This document shows, piece after piece, positions 13,850 to 27,618 of a DNA stretch of 64,000 bases (position 1 is its first letter; the number at the start of each line of letters is the position of its first letter). Both the position numbers and the translations under genes were made by a program. The notes below the pieces were generated by a model, which made no database searches, was not told the DNA's origin, and saw only the letters and a list, made by a program, of their open reading frames with translations. Origin of the DNA: Octopus vulgaris (lineage: Eukaryota); NCBI GenBank assembly GCA_951406725.2, contig OX597823.1:45198001-45262000 (forward strand), read 5' to 3'.

Positions 13850-14114
13850 ATGTGTTTGTGTGTATACACACACATACATACACATAGATACAGGCAGACA
13901 CACACATACACATGTGCATGTATGAGTGTGTATGGGTGAGTCTTTATGTTGAGTTCCTTAATGACTATGAAAGACTGATAAAATAAGTATCAAGGTGAAA
14001 TAAGTATAAGGATCAGTTGCTAAAACCTTTGAATGTAGTGCCCCAGTGTGGCCACATTCCAATGACTGAAAGTAATAAAAGAGTAAAAAAAGAGCAAGAG
14101 AATATGTATTTGTA

Positions 14115-14322
14115 TTTATTTTTGCATGTATGTTTCCATGCATATATTTCATACATTTAAGTATAGACCTATATACTGATATATATGCGTGCATACATGT
14201 ATGTTTATATGCATGTGTGTGTGTGTGCATGTGTGTGTGTGTGTGTGTTTGAATACACATATATTTATGTCAATGTGTGTGATGTGTGTATGAGGGTGTG
14301 AAAATGATTGTCTCATTTTAAT
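14115..14322 (-). promoter_or_regulatory. Candidate polyadenylation signals of the dynein gene
   Basis: ATTAAA (14322-14317) and AATAAA (14120-14115) on the minus strand downstream of the stop. Motif evidence only. Confidence 0.3.
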
Positions 14323-14443
14323 ACTGTGTACATCATCTTCTTTGGATTACTGTACCAATGTGATCCAATGATTTCATCTCTGAAAGTAACCCCAATCATT
14401 GCAATGTAGACTTATTAATTCTCCACATTCATTTGATATCACT

Positions 14444-14727
14444 CTACTTGATGTCACAGAGCAGAGCCACTCCTCTGAGAATCCAGTGATCAGGGTCCTT
14501 GTTGGTCTTCAGGAGTAAAGGGAAGATGTATGACAGGTCTGTACGACATGGCTTCTTGTACACTGGGCACTCATATAATGTCATACCTCTTGGGCGGTCT
14601 GAATTGATGGCAAACACATGTACAACTGGCAGGGGTGTGTAAAGAACTTTAGCTGTTGGTTCTGCTAGGCGGCACTGACGGCGATCCCAGCCAGCTCCAT
14701 CAAGATATAATCCATGAATGTATACAC
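14444..14727 (-). CDS. DNAH5: Axonemal dynein heavy chain terminal coding exon
   Basis: Acceptor atttag|GT GTA. Encodes GVYIHGLYLDGAGWD...YECPVYKKPCRTDL...HWILRGVALLCDIK then TAG (14446-14444), the canonical dynein HC C-terminus. Confidence 0.96.
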
Positions 14728-17076
14728 CTAAATGACAAAGAAAAAAGATAACAGAGAGAGTCACAATATTACATACCTACATACATATATACATACATAC
14801 ATACCTACCTATTTCTTTACCACCCACAAGGGGCTAAATACAGAGAGGACAAACAAGGACAGACAAACAGATTAAGTCGATTATATCAACCCCAGTGCAT
14901 AATTGGTACTTATTTAATCGACCCCGAAAGGATAAAAGGCAAAGACAACCTCGGCAGATTTTTGAACTCAGAACATAGTGGCAGACGAAATACTGCTAAG
15001 CATTTCGCCCGGCATACTAATGTTTCTGCCACCTCGCTGCCTTATACCTACCTGCCTACCTACCTACCTACCTACCTATATATCTATCTTTCTATATACA
15101 CACACGAGAGGGTGTTGAAAAGTCTTTGGCTTTGGGTAACAGAAAATACAGGAGGGTTACTTAATTATGATTTTATTCAAAATATTCCCCTCTCAGATTC
15201 ACATACTTATTGCAGCAGTCCTTCAGTATTTCTAAGACCTGTAAAAGAACAGAGACACACACACTCTCTCTCTTTCTCTCTCACTCTCTCTCTATATATA
15301 CATACATATATATAGAGAGAGAGAGAGAAAGAGAGGACGAAAGAGAGAGTGAGTTGGAGAGGGAGAGAGAGAAAGGAAAGTGTGTTTGAGTGGTAAATTT
15401 ATTAAGTTGAACTACACGTAAACACATATGCATACTGAAAAGAGAACCAACAAAAGCAACCAAAGTGGCTATAACCAAAGCGCTTAATAGGGGATCAAGG
15501 AATGTGTTACTAATATGTTAGAACCATGAAATCTTCAAAGACTGCAAGACCAAAAGAAGAAAGAGAAAGTGAACTTACAATGAAGAGACACAGCTTCACA
15601 CAAATACAAAACTTTGCATTCAAGACAGTTTCCATTGAGGAACTGTAACAATCTAAATTTAAAAATGAGTTTTTTTTTTGTGAAGGGAGTGATTTATCTG
15701 TATAAATGTGAAAATAAATTCATCTTAGGTACAATAAAAGTAAGATGTAAAATTTCTAGAAGAAGATATAGTTATAGCATTGATTTCAAATTTTTAAAGA
15801 AGGCCAGCAATTATGGGGGAGGAGGTAAGTCAATTACATTGACCCAATGTTCAACTGGTACTAATTTTATTGACCCTCAAAGGGATGAAAGGCAAAGTCA
15901 ACCTTGGTGGAATTTGAACTCGGAATGTGAAGACAGATGAAATTCAACAAAGTATTTTGCCTGGCTCTGCCAGCTCTCTGCCCAACATATAGCTATAATA
16001 TTACAAAAACTATAAATAACATTTACACACTGTTCAAAATAAAATTATAAATATGATCAATTGAATAATTCACACGCCTAATATTATGTGCACATAACAC
16101 CCTTTTTCAAGAAGTTAACATTGTGCTGTTTTAGTTTTGAATTAGAATAGATCAAATGATCATTACTACGTATTACTGTTACTTTGCAAAACTTGCAAAT
16201 ATCCTTTTATAGCAATTACGATTACTCAGAACCTCACTTTTGAGAATTAACATAGAATAACTTATTAAATACTTGCTTGAAAAGGGCCAATCTGTTAATG
16301 AAGTATGTCTAAACTTCATTTTGATGTTTGACTAAGTATAAGCACAAATGTTATGAAATGTATGAATTTTCAACTGAAAAACAGAGGTTATCATTGGTCT
16401 TTGTCTTTCAGAGGCAAAGGAAAGAACTAAATGTATACGTGACTGTTCTACTCGAGGCAGTAAAGTAAGAACTTCCTCAACATTACAAAAAAAAAACTGC
16501 ATTCATAAAATCTTGCTATAACTTGCAATTCAAGGTCTATTTTTTTCACATATCTCCATACTGCATAACATGGAAGTCAATGGAAAAATAGGTTTTCAAT
16601 TAGAAAATTCCACATTAGACTTTTTCTCTGTAACAGTGGGGATGCCTGAAGTTGTAAAAGAAAACCACAGATTATGGACTGATTTCAAAGTAGAGCACTG
16701 TATTTGAACAGTCCTATTCATAATTTATACCAGTGATATTGGTTGCTTATGGTAATAGGCCTCAAAACAGGTTTTTATTTCTCAATATATTCACCGCCAT
16801 CTATTTAATGAACCATAAATAGTAAAATGTGAAGCCAGTTTAATGAGGATATGAAAGTTATAGTTGTGATATATACCTACCATGTAGTCAGCCTATACTG
16901 TACATGAAACTCTGCATAAATTATGTAAATTCAAATGACCATCAAATTTTTTTCCAAAGAAACTAAAAGCAACTGTTTCTATTTTCATCAAAAAAGTCAG
17001 AGAAGACAAATTCCTTTTTTGATATTTTAATCCTAACCCATATAAAGAATGATTTGGTTTTAACAATCAGGATATA

Positions 17077-17293
17077 CAAGGGGGTGCTGGAAAGTTCCTG
17101 GCTTGGGGTAGAAGAAAATACAGAAGGATCAGTTAATCATGATTTTATTCAACATATTCCTCTCTCAGATTCACACACTTATTGCAGTGATCTTTCAATT
17201 TTACTAAGCCCTGTAAAAGAGATTGGAAGGTTGGGCCTCTAACCAGGCCTTTTGTAATACCCTTAAAGCCAGAAACTTTTCAACACCTCCTTG
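17077..17293. mobile_element. Mariner-type MITE
   Basis: TA flanks. TIRs caagggggtgctggaaagttcctggctt and aagccagaaacttttcaacacctccttg. Partial copies at about 15103-15250 and 910-960. Confidence 0.75.
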
Positions 17294-17415
17294 TAAATGG
17301 GACTGGAGGAATGAAGAGAAAGCTATGTTGACCAGCTTTGTGCAGACACAAGATGTTGCTCTGCTGACCAACTAAGCACTGTGTGGGGTCACAATGAGTA
17401 GCATGATCAAATTAA

Positions 17416-17635
17416 CACTTTAGCATTCAGATTACTCTATCAAATGTAATGCTTATTTCTTCACATTGTTTTGAATTAATCATGCATTATCTTGTAATGC
17501 CAAGATTTCAATGGTATGTTTGTATATTTTTAGAATGACATTGTAGAGTAGGTGTGAGAGATTGGATCTGGTCAATTTTAACATAAAACAGGTTGAATAT
17601 TTGGGCCAGATATGGCTGGATTTAATGCTTAGGTG
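17416..17635. mobile_element. piggyBac-like MITE
   Basis: TTAA on both flanks. TIRs cactttagcatt and aatgcttaggtg. A reverse-oriented relative at about 25750-26355 is interrupted by a SINE. Confidence 0.65.
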
Positions 17636-18015
17636 TTAAGCAAATCTGAGCCAGCTCAACCAGATAATAAAGGATCCAGAGCTGGAACATTTTATATGAT
17701 TATACAAATGAGATTTCAATTCAGATCTGCTGGTCTGTAAATTATACATTTAGTATCCTGTTAGAACTAAAGTTGAACAGATTAATAGTATTAATGATAA
17801 GCTCCCATCATTTTATAGGGTATCAGTGATAATCTGCTGATTAAAGCTACTTGATGACATTAAATGAGAAGATTACAGAATGTTGATACAGGTGACAATA
17901 ATTACCCTAATTTATTCTGTGTAAAAGGCGGAAAGCCATTTATTAGAATTGAAAATGAAGGTATCCTGGGTGAATTTAAAGAAATTTTGATGTAAAATAA
18001 TAATAATAATAATAA

Positions 18016-18430
18016 TAGAAGCCAGCCAGACTTAGTGGTAGTGGACAGGGTGAACTACATGTGTTCTATAATTGATGTTGCATGCCTCCTTAGATCAATG
18101 AATAGTTAGGAAGGAAGGTGAAAAAATAAACATATACAATCTTCTTAAGTACGAAATAGCCTGACTATGGAAAATGAAGAAGGTGAAGATAGTGACAAAA
18201 TACTGTTGGGTCCTTAGGGATAGTATCAGAAGACATCAAAAGAAATATAAAGGAAATCAGAATAAAGTGCCCAGTAGAGCTGTTACAGAAGTTTTGCTTC
18301 CTTGGCTTGTCCAAAATAATCAGGAAAGTATTAGATAGTTGAAAAGAACAGATAGCATGGTACTGTAGGCTGCATGCAACAAGCCTGCTATGCAAGCAAG
18401 ACTCCAGAAGTCCCAACAAAAGCTGAATTA
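18016..18430 (+). mobile_element. R4/Dong-like LINE 3' fragment
   Basis: PDLVVVD...IIDVAC, KYEIA*LWKMKKVKI and PVELLQK...IIRKVL. Bounded by (AAT)n on both sides. Confidence 0.7.
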
Positions 18431-20034
18431 AAAATAATAATCTTTTCTACTATAAGCACAATGCCTGAAATTTTGGATGAGGGGGTTAGTTGATTACATT
18501 GCTCCCAGTGCTTGACTCGTATTTATTCTATCAACTGTAAAAGGAGAAAGACAAAGTCGACCTTGGCAGAACTTGAACTTAGAAGAGGTGGATGAAATGC
18601 TGCTATGCATTTTGTCTGGTGAGCTTATGATTCTGCCAGCTCACCACCTTAAAAATCAAAAGAGCTAATGAACTTAATGTGAACAATATTCAGGTGTCTT
18701 TACTGAAAGAGCCTATTAATAGAATATTTTTTTTAAGGGATTAGTCAAAGAAGGAGTGCAAACAGATATTGTGACTCTTATCAAGGCTCAGAGACTCTTG
18801 AAGGAAACGTGGAAGTTGTCCTTTAACAAGCAACATGGACTGAAGGTTTGCAACAAAGTGGACTCTGCTAAATGCATCCAAAAGCCATCTGGTGCTATTA
18901 ACGTGTAGTCATCATCATCATCATTGTTATTATCATCGTCATCAGTAGCAGCAGCAACAGCACCACCACATTTCTGCTGTGGAGGATACAGCAAAGTTCC
19001 AGGTATCTCGGTCCTTTGTCATCTCATCTGAAAAGTTCAGAGTGCTGAGGTCTTCAGTACTTAGAGTGCTGAGGTCTAATTATGCCTTCTATTCAAGAAC
19101 ATGAACTGCTTCCACAGGTCTAGTCAAATTTTATCACAAAGTTTTAGTCTGTCTGAGGATATAGAGAAAACACTCACCCAAAGTGCCAAATAGGAGTACC
19201 GAACCCAAAATGACGGAGTTGGAAAGTAAATTTCTTAATCACATGGCAATGTCTGCAGCTATTAGTATCAGAGATATAAATAACTTCAAGAATATAAATA
19301 ACTTCACCAGAAAGCTTTATACGAGTCAGAAACCATTAACTGGAGATGCCAAACAATAGATTCAAATTAAAAAGGAAGGAAGGACTGAAAGTAAGCATGC
19401 AAAATAAAAAGAAAGAGAGAACTGGATGGATGGATGGAAGGGTGGATGAAAGGGTGAATAGACAAAGAAGTAGGCAGACAATCGGTAAGACAGATAGTTA
19501 GATAGATAAATAAGTAAATGAAAAGATAGATGGAAAGGTAGACCAAGAGATAGACAAGTAGATAGATAGATAGAAAGACAGACAGACAGATAAATAGATA
19601 AATAGGAAGGAAATTGGAGAGAAAGAGGGTAGAAGAAAAAAATAGACTGTAAATCAAAACAACAGCGAACAAAAGGGAGAAAGAGAGATTGTAAGAAGTA
19701 GAGATAAAACTACAAGTGAATGTTTAAATAAACACATCAACAAAAACATTAGATAAAAACTAATAAAAAGAGGTAAAAAAAACTCCTCATTCACAGCAAC
19801 GGCTACAATGTGGAGTGAGCTTCCACAAGATTGCACCACATGCTAGAAATTGCTGCTGATCTCCCTCAAATCATAACTTCGTATCATAAGAAATGAAGGA
19901 TACATTGAATAATATAGTCTTAGATAAATTTTGTCTTCAAAAAAAAATAAAAAAATCATCATCTTTTTGTCTGATCAGGGAGACATGGAAATAAACTGGA
20001 ACAAAGACAACAAAAATAAAGAGAAGAATGTTAC

Positions 20035-20161
20035 CTTCTTGAGGGAAAGTATTTATATCTTCTTTCATGGATTTGGTCACTTCATTATTGAGAACCACAG
20101 CATCAAGGGCCCAACCTTTGTGAGCTCTAGTAATTTCCTGCCTCATTGCTGTTAAGAAACC
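20035..20161 (-). CDS. DNAH5: Axonemal dynein heavy chain exon
   Basis: Acceptor gaaag|GGT, donor GAA G|gtaac. Encodes [42 protein letters not shown]. 127 bp, phase 0/1. Confidence 0.95.
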
Positions 20162-20230
20162 CTTTCAGGAAAAATAAAATATAGATACATGTTAACAGAA
20201 AAATAACTATTTCATAAAGTGAGTTAAACA

Positions 20231-20557
20231 TAGGTGCAGGAGTTGCTGTGTGGTAAGTAGCTTGCTTCCCAACCACATGGTTCCAGGTTCAGTCCCACTG
20301 CATGGCACCTTGGACAAATGTCTTCTACTATAGTCTCGGGTCGACCAAAGCCTTGTGAGTGGATTTGGTAGACGGAAACCGAAAGAAGCCCGTTGTATAT
20401 ATATATTTGGCGTTAGGAAGGGCATCCAGCCGTAGAAACACTGCCAGATTTGACTGGGCCTGATGAAGCCTTCTGGCTTCACAGACCCCAGTAGAACCGT
20501 CCAACCCATGCTAGCATGGAAAACGGATGCTAAACGATGATGATGATGATGATGATG

Positions 20558-20611
<54 letters not shown>

Positions 20612-20815
20612 ATGTTTGTGTGTCTGTGTTTGCACCCCCAACATCCCTTGACAACCAATGCTGGTGTGTTTACGTCCCCGTAACTTAGCGGCTCGGCAAA
20701 AGAGACCGATAGAATAAATATTAGGCTTAAAAAAAATAAGTCCTAGGGTTGATTTGCTCAACTAAAGGTGGTGCTCCAGCATGGCCACAGTCAAATGACT
20801 GAGACAAGTAAAAGA
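20231..20815 (+). mobile_element. SINE family A with a nested family C tail (20407-20558)
   Basis: Head aggtgcaggagttgctgtgtggtaag, tail gactgagacaagtaaaaga. The insert lies in the internal (TA)n. Confidence 0.85.
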
Positions 20816-21049
20816 ACATATTAGTTTCAAATTTTGGCACAAGGCCAGCAATTTTAGGGGAAGGGATAAGTAGTCGATTACATTGATCTCAGTTCTTAAC
20901 TGTGCTTGCTTTATTGATTCTGAAAGGATGAAAGGCAAAGTTAACTGTAACTGAATTTGAACACAGAGTAAAGATGAATGAAATGTTACTAAGCATTTTG
21001 ACCTGCATGCTAGCAATTCTGCCAGCTCACTGTGAGTTAAACGTATAAT

Positions 21050-21563
21050 AAAAAATAAATGCGCCCTTTCAAAGCCTAGCCAGGCTCCTGGGCCCTGTTT
21101 CCCAGTTTCAATGGCGTATGTGTTCCCCAGCTAGACGGGACACCAGTCCATCGCAGCGTTACACATTTTTGCCAGCTGAGTGGACTGGAGCAATGTGAAA
21201 TGAAGTGTTTTGCTCAAGAACACAACACATTGCTCGGTCCAGGAATTAAAACAACAATCTTACGATCATGATGCTGACACCCTAAACACTAAGCCACATG
21301 CCTCCACAAAATAAATGTGCCCTTTTAAAGCCTAGCCAGGCTCATGGGCTTGGTTTCCCAGTTTCAGTGGTGTATGTGTTCCTCAGTTGGATAGAACACC
21401 AGTCCATCACAGCGTTACTCATTTTTGCCAGCTGAGTGGACTGGAGCAACATGAAATGAAGTGTTTTGGTCATGAACACAACGCGTCACCCAGTCCAGGA
21501 ATCGAAACCACAATCTTACGATCATGGTGCTGACACCCTAACCACTAAGCCATGCACCTCCAC
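21050..21563 (-). mobile_element. SINE family D tandem dimer (~255-bp units)
   Basis: Two head-to-tail copies with a tRNA-like head (ggaggtgcatggcttagtggttagggtg...gtttcgattcc). Relatives at about 30715-30945(-), 32580-32925(-), 52690-52995(-), 36160-36460(+) and 61725-61970(+). Confidence 0.8.
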
Positions 21564-21744
21564 GAGTTAAACATATATTAGATGTATATTAAATGCACAT
21601 CAAAGTTTAATTTGTAAAGGTGGGTTGATGCAGCATTTTTAAACCCTTTCAATATAAAGGAAAATAAAGGAAAAGTAAAACAGATATATGTTAAGAGAAC
21701 AATAACTATTTTATAAAGTGAGTTAAACAGGAGTGTGGCTGTGT

Positions 21745-21919
21745 GAAGGTGCAGGCATGGCTGTGTGGTAAGAAGGTTGGTTCCCAACCACATGATTCTG
21801 GGTTCAGTCCCAGTGTGTGACACCTTGGAGAAAGTATCTTCTGCTATAGCTTTAGGCCGACCAAAGTCTTGTGAGTGAATTTGGTAGATGGAAACTGAAA
21901 GAAGCCCGTCAAATATATA

Positions 21920-21957
<38 letters not shown>

Positions 21958-22129
21958 TAAATATTATTTTTTAGGGAATAAAAATTCTGGCATAACAGAG
22001 GTACAAATTATTCTCGATGAAGAATTTTATTTTAATTTAGAGATAGTAGACCCCTACATCTCACCAAATAAAAAGAATTTTTATTTTAAATACCTACTGT
22101 TTAATTACTTGGCAACATATATATATATA

Positions 22130-22226
<97 letters not shown>

Positions 22227-22460
22227 ATGTATATGTCTATGTATGCATGTCTGTGTTTGTCCTCCACCTCCACTGCTTAACAACTGGTGTTGGTGTGTTT
22301 ATGTCCCCATAATTTAGTGGCTCGGTAAAAGAGATTGATAGAATAAGTACCAGACTTTAAAAAAAAAGTACTGGGGTCGATACATTCGACTATAAATTCT
22401 TCAAGGTGATGCCCCAGCATGGCTGCAGCCTAACAGCTGAAACAAGTAAAAGACAAAAGA
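21745..22460 (+). mobile_element. SINE family A with an insertion in its internal microsatellite
   Basis: Same head and tail as other A copies; extra unique sequence at about 21955-22110. Confidence 0.8.
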
Positions 22461-22714
22461 TATATTGGTTTCAGATTTTGGCACAAGGCCAGCAATTTCA
22501 GGGCAAAGGGATAAATAGTCAATAACATTGATCCCAGTGCTCAACTGGTACCTGTTTTATTGACTGACCCTGAAAGGATGAAAGGCAAAGTTTACCTCAG
22601 TGGAATTTAAACTCAGAATGTAAAGACGAATGAAATGCCACTAAGCATTTTGACTGGCATGCTAACGATTCCGCCAATTTGCTACCTTTGGGAATTAAAC
22701 ATATATTAAACATA

Positions 22715-22948
22715 CAGGATGGCCAAAATGTAGGTTTACAGTTATTCAACTATCTCTTTCGCATTCATATATTAACAGTTTAGATCTTAATTATATTAAA
22801 ATATGAAACCATTATTCTATGCTAATTTAGTTAATTTTGTAAAGATTTCTTTTCAGTTTGCAAGATAGAAATTTAGATGTAATAAAATGTTTTAAAATAA
22901 TTTAAAGTGCCTACGTCATAACTGTAAACCTGCTTTTGGGCCACACTG
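22715..22948. mobile_element. Tc1/mariner-type MITE
   Basis: TA flanks. TIRs caggatggccaaaatgtaggtttacagtt and aactgtaaacctgcttttgggccacactg. The empty site is seen in the paralogous segment near 21580. Confidence 0.8.
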
Positions 22949-24545
22949 TATATTGAATGTATATCAAAGTTTAATTTGTAAAAATGGGTTGATGCAATAT
23001 TTTTGAGTGATGCAGTATACTTTAATGGAGCAATTAACTGCCTGCTTTGTGTTTCTATCAACACGATGCTGCTTCTATCAGCACAATATTTCAATAACAA
23101 TAGAAGAGTTAAGGCTAATAGTTCAGTCAATTTTAATTAGTTTGTTAATAAGTAGTTTTAACAAATTTGTATATAATTTTTGGTGTTATTACAGTGAATG
23201 TGTGTGATTGTAAAGTGTGATTATGTGGATGTGTATGTATGCATACTTAGGGTTACCTATGCGTGTTGGCATGTGTTGATCTGTGCTTTTCTATATGTGT
23301 CTGCTTTGATACATACACAAGTCGTCATCATTGTCATCATCATCATTGTCATTATCATTGTCATCATCATCGTCATCATCATCGTCGTTGTCGTCGTCGT
23401 CATCATCATCATTTAATGTCTGCTTTCCATGCTGGCATGGGTTGGACAGTTAGACAGAAGCTGGCTAGGCAGAAGACTGCATCATGCTTTGCTGTTTGCT
23501 TTTGGCATAGCTCTTATGGCTTGATGCCCTTCCTAACACCAACCACACTGCAGAGTGAACTTTCAATACATGGGCAGACGTTTGTTTCTCTGCTTGCACG
23601 TGTGTATGTATATCCTTGTTGTCATTATCGTTGTCGTTGTTATTGTCATTACATCATTTAACATCCATGGTCCATGCTGATGTGGGTTGCACAGTTTGAC
23701 AGGGTCTAAAGATTCCAAAGATTGCATTGTGTTCCCCTGTCTACTTTGGCATGTTTTCTATGGCTGGATGCCCTTCTTAATGCCAACCAATTTACAGCAT
23801 GTACTTGGTACTTTTTTGTGGTACCAGCACAAACGAGGTTGCTATGTAGCTAGCAAGACTATGAGCCCTAAGAGAGGCAGCTTTATGCAAGGAGATGAAG
23901 AGATAAAGTTTGAGAAAATGGACCAGAGCAGAATGAGTTTCTTGCAGCAGAGGAGTTACATGGTTACACACATTTTAGAAGAGAGAGTAGAATGGGGAAT
24001 GTAATTGGGATGGAGCAGGGAAGAGCTAAAAATTGTGGAGATGAGGTGTTTGAGTGTAATTTCTTTAGGCATTTGGTAAATGGAAGTGAGAAAGAACAAA
24101 TGAACGGGAAGTGTGAGTGGGTAGAGATACAAAAGTGAAAAAAATAGTGAATGACAGTGAATGAAAGATAGAGAATGGGTGAAGGGGTAAATATCATGAA
24201 TGAAGAACAAGTGTTGAGAAGTGGATGTAGTAGTGGGGTGGGGTGAAGAGAAGCAGAATAGTAATAGTAATGAGAGAGAGAGAGAAATGATGATGTATGG
24301 TTGGGTAGTGTGTGTTGAGGGATGGACAGGCATATTGCGTAGAAGAGTGAGAGACATTTGGTGGTAGAAAAGGAGAGATAATTTGCTAACACAGGGAAGT
24401 GATTAATGTAAAATGCGAGTAGAGAGGACAGTATAAGGATGAAGGATGGATATCAGGTGAAATAAAACAAAATAAAAAAACAAACAAAAAACTGTAAACT
24501 TATTTATGTATTAACAAATAATGAAATTTGTACATTTTGACTCAC

Positions 24546-24674
24546 CTGTGGATTAAAGAATCCTGTCATCCAGTAACAACAAGGCTTTCTTTCAAAGAGC
24601 CATGAAGAGAATTGACTATTCCTTTCCAAAAGATCAGTAAACCAGAATCCTAGTGTTGATGATTCCCAGGAAAT
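24546..24674 (-). CDS. DNAH5: Axonemal dynein heavy chain exon (absent from the ORF track)
   Basis: Translated by hand. Acceptor tggtag|ATT, donor CAG|gtgag. Encodes [43 protein letters not shown]. 129 bp, phase 0/0. Confidence 0.95.
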
Positions 24675-25194
24675 CTACCATGAAAACATTAAGATTATTT
24701 AGAATTGTTGATTGATTCTATCTTGTTTCATTTATCATTCTGTCTGATTTACAAGAAACATTCTGGCAATCACTGGCATGTGAACACTAACTGATGCATA
24801 TCTGTTTTCATATAATTTTATGACAAGCAGAAGAGTACTCAAGACCTATTAATACAAACTGCATGCTGACTCAGTATCTCACCCATAAATCTTTTGATTT
24901 TTGAGTGCAATCAACTTCACCTGCTCAATTTCATTGACAAAACTGGGGACATCCCAAGATTTATGATAGAAGACTATGCAGCAAAAGTGAAGTTAGCACA
25001 TCATGGCTTGAAGCAAACTTGTTAACAAAAATATGAAATTTTCAAATATTTAAAAGTAAAATGAGAATAATGCATATATAGGCTTATATGAAATTTGCTG
25101 CTAAATTTGTGCAAAATAAAATCAGATACACTCTGTAAGCCAGTATTACCATGAAACACACCATGGTGATACATACATATATATATATATATAT

Positions 25195-25575
25195 ATATTG
25201 CATAAAATCCATTCTGTCTGTCTGTTTGTGTGTCTTCTAGGATCTTGGGCATCCTCCATCCAATTGCACTCAAATTTGATAGGTAGATACCAACGGTATC
25301 AGGGCATGTATAAGTCTTGAAGAAATTACAAAAATCGATTCCAGGTGAGAATGCGGTATGTAAAGCTATGGGAACGTGCATTTGTATGCGCAAGTATATC
25401 AGCTGTTGTGATTGATACTATGCATACGAGAGAAAAATGCACGTGCAGTTTGTGCAAAAAAAAGCCAGCTGGCTTGAAATAATGCCACAAAATGCAGTAT
25501 ATTTAAGAGACCCCAAAAAGTTAAATGTTTGACAACTCGGCACCGTCCATTGCAAGGGGAGCCTTTTGCTCATAT
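25195..25575 (+). mobile_element. Putative non-autonomous Helitron-like element
   Basis: Starts in a TA tract with ctgtctgtctgt and aattgcactcaaatttg. Ends in an imperfect hairpin (ccgtccattgcaagggg) and a degenerate CTRR-like terminus. Confidence 0.4.
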
Positions 25576-25778
25576 ATATAGCGTTATACTAATACATCTG
25601 TTTGTTTTGTACACCACCTGTCTTCATCTTTTGTTTTTTCGTAAACTCTCCCTATATATATATATATGAAGTAACTTTACATCAAGAAGCAGAACTCAAG
25701 ATTTTATATCATTAAATTTGAATGCTTTCTACACCACGTTAAATTATTTAAGTCTTTAGCATTTAAACTGGCCATATC

Positions 25779-26160
25779 ACAGGAGTGGCTGTGTGGTTCC
25801 AGGTTCATTCCCACTGTGTGGCACCTTGGGCAAGTGTGTTCTACTATAGCCTCAGGCTGACCAAAGTCTTGTGAGTGTATTTGGTAGATGGAAAATGAAA
25901 GAAGCCTGTCGTATATATGTATATATATATATGTATGTGTCTGTGTGTGTTTGTGTGTCTGTGTTTGTCCCCCCAACATCACTTGACAACCGATGCTGGT
26001 GTGTTTGCGTCCCCGTAACTTAGCGGTTCGGCAAAAGAGACTGATAGAATAAGTACTAGGCTTACAAAGAATAAGTCCTGGGGTCAGTTTGCTCGGCTAA
26101 AGGTGATGCTCCCACATGGCCACAGTCAAATGACTGAAACAAGTGAAAGAGTAAAAGAGT
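25779..26160 (+). mobile_element. SINE family A inserted in a piggyBac-like MITE
   Basis: Matches family A; short atatc duplication on the flanks. Confidence 0.8.
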
Positions 26161-27405
26161 ATATCTGGCCAAAATATTCTCCCTGTCTTATATTCAAACT
26201 GGTGAGGTCAAACCTTTCACACCAACACTAACAATATTATTCTAAAAATTAGCAGTTACTTCATCAAAATTGCAAAGCTACAAAACAATTAATCAAAAAC
26301 AATATGAATAAATAAGCATTATTTTAAACTAAATTACGTGAATGCTAAATGGTTAATAAATACATCACTTAGTTTTTAATGTCCATTTCTTCTTAAATTT
26401 TATAATAGCCCAACTAACATTTTTTTACTACTAGACAGCATTGGAACAACAACTCTGAAAACAAATTTATATGAAAATTTTGGTGGAACTGTTGTCTTGA
26501 TGCTCTTGTTATTCTAAACATACTGTGAAGAATTTTCTAGTATTATCATTGCTGTTATGGTACCTAAGACTTTTATCTAATTCCATAGGACAAGAGGATT
26601 TAATCTCAGTTCCATGAAACACCAAAATACAATTTCTAGTGCATCCCTATTCTACACTATCTAGTAGTTCCCTCATTATTATCATGGACCCACACTGCCA
26701 AGTGACAATAATCCATAGCACAATGCATAGCTTTGACACTGATGGCAACGGAAGCTTATGTTTCACTTTCAAGCAGTGTTGTCTGTAGCCAGAAAAAAAT
26801 CCATAAAGATAATCAAGAAAAGAAGATTATTAATAAGTTTTTATGGTTGTGGAATTTAATTAGATATGGATTCTTGAAGAGACATATCCGAAATATATTA
26901 ATATTAGCATGTTTGCATGTGCATAAAATTTCATATTTCAGAGAAATGTATCTCCTTTATAATTCCCAGTAGAGTAAATATGATCAAATCATAGAAAAAT
27001 TGCAGGAAGATTACAAGAGATCTCAACCTATTTATTTACTCTCACTTACCTCACAGCATGTTAGTTTTCTATAATTTATTTTATTTTTTTTTATCACAAT
27101 AATGTTCAGAAATAAAGCTAAGGCTAACATCTAATTTAATTTCAATTTTTACTTTTTACATATTTCTTTAAAACATTACTTTTATGTCAGTAGTATACAT
27201 TATCAAAATATATAACTTCTTGTATCAAGGGTCCTTTACTGAATTTTCTTAAGTGATTCTTTTTAACAAACACAAAATGATTGCATATCCTGTAACCAGA
27301 GATCTTTAAGCATGACTGACCCATCCACTCCCCATAATCATCAATGTACACCAAATGCCAAAAGAAAGAAGATTTTCAAAGTTAGAAATACTGGTTTATA
27401 CAAAC

Positions 27406-27618
27406 TTTCTTCCAAGTATTGGGAACCCTGGCATTAAACATGTTGTCCAAAGCATCTTGTAGTTTCTCACTCATGATTATTGTTCCATCAATGGCCAGTT
27501 TGAGGTCTTTTAATGTTACCCGGACTTCACCGATCACCTTCTGCATTCTGTCTATTTCTTGCCGTAAGAAGATGTTCAGAGGCTGAAGAATACCCATCTT
27601 ACGTAAACGCTCCTTCAC
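27406..27618 (-). CDS. DNAH5: Axonemal dynein heavy chain exon
   Basis: Acceptor ttttag|GTG, donor AAA|gtttgt. Encodes [26 protein letters not shown]...[31 protein letters not shown]. 213 bp, phase 0/0. Confidence 0.95.
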
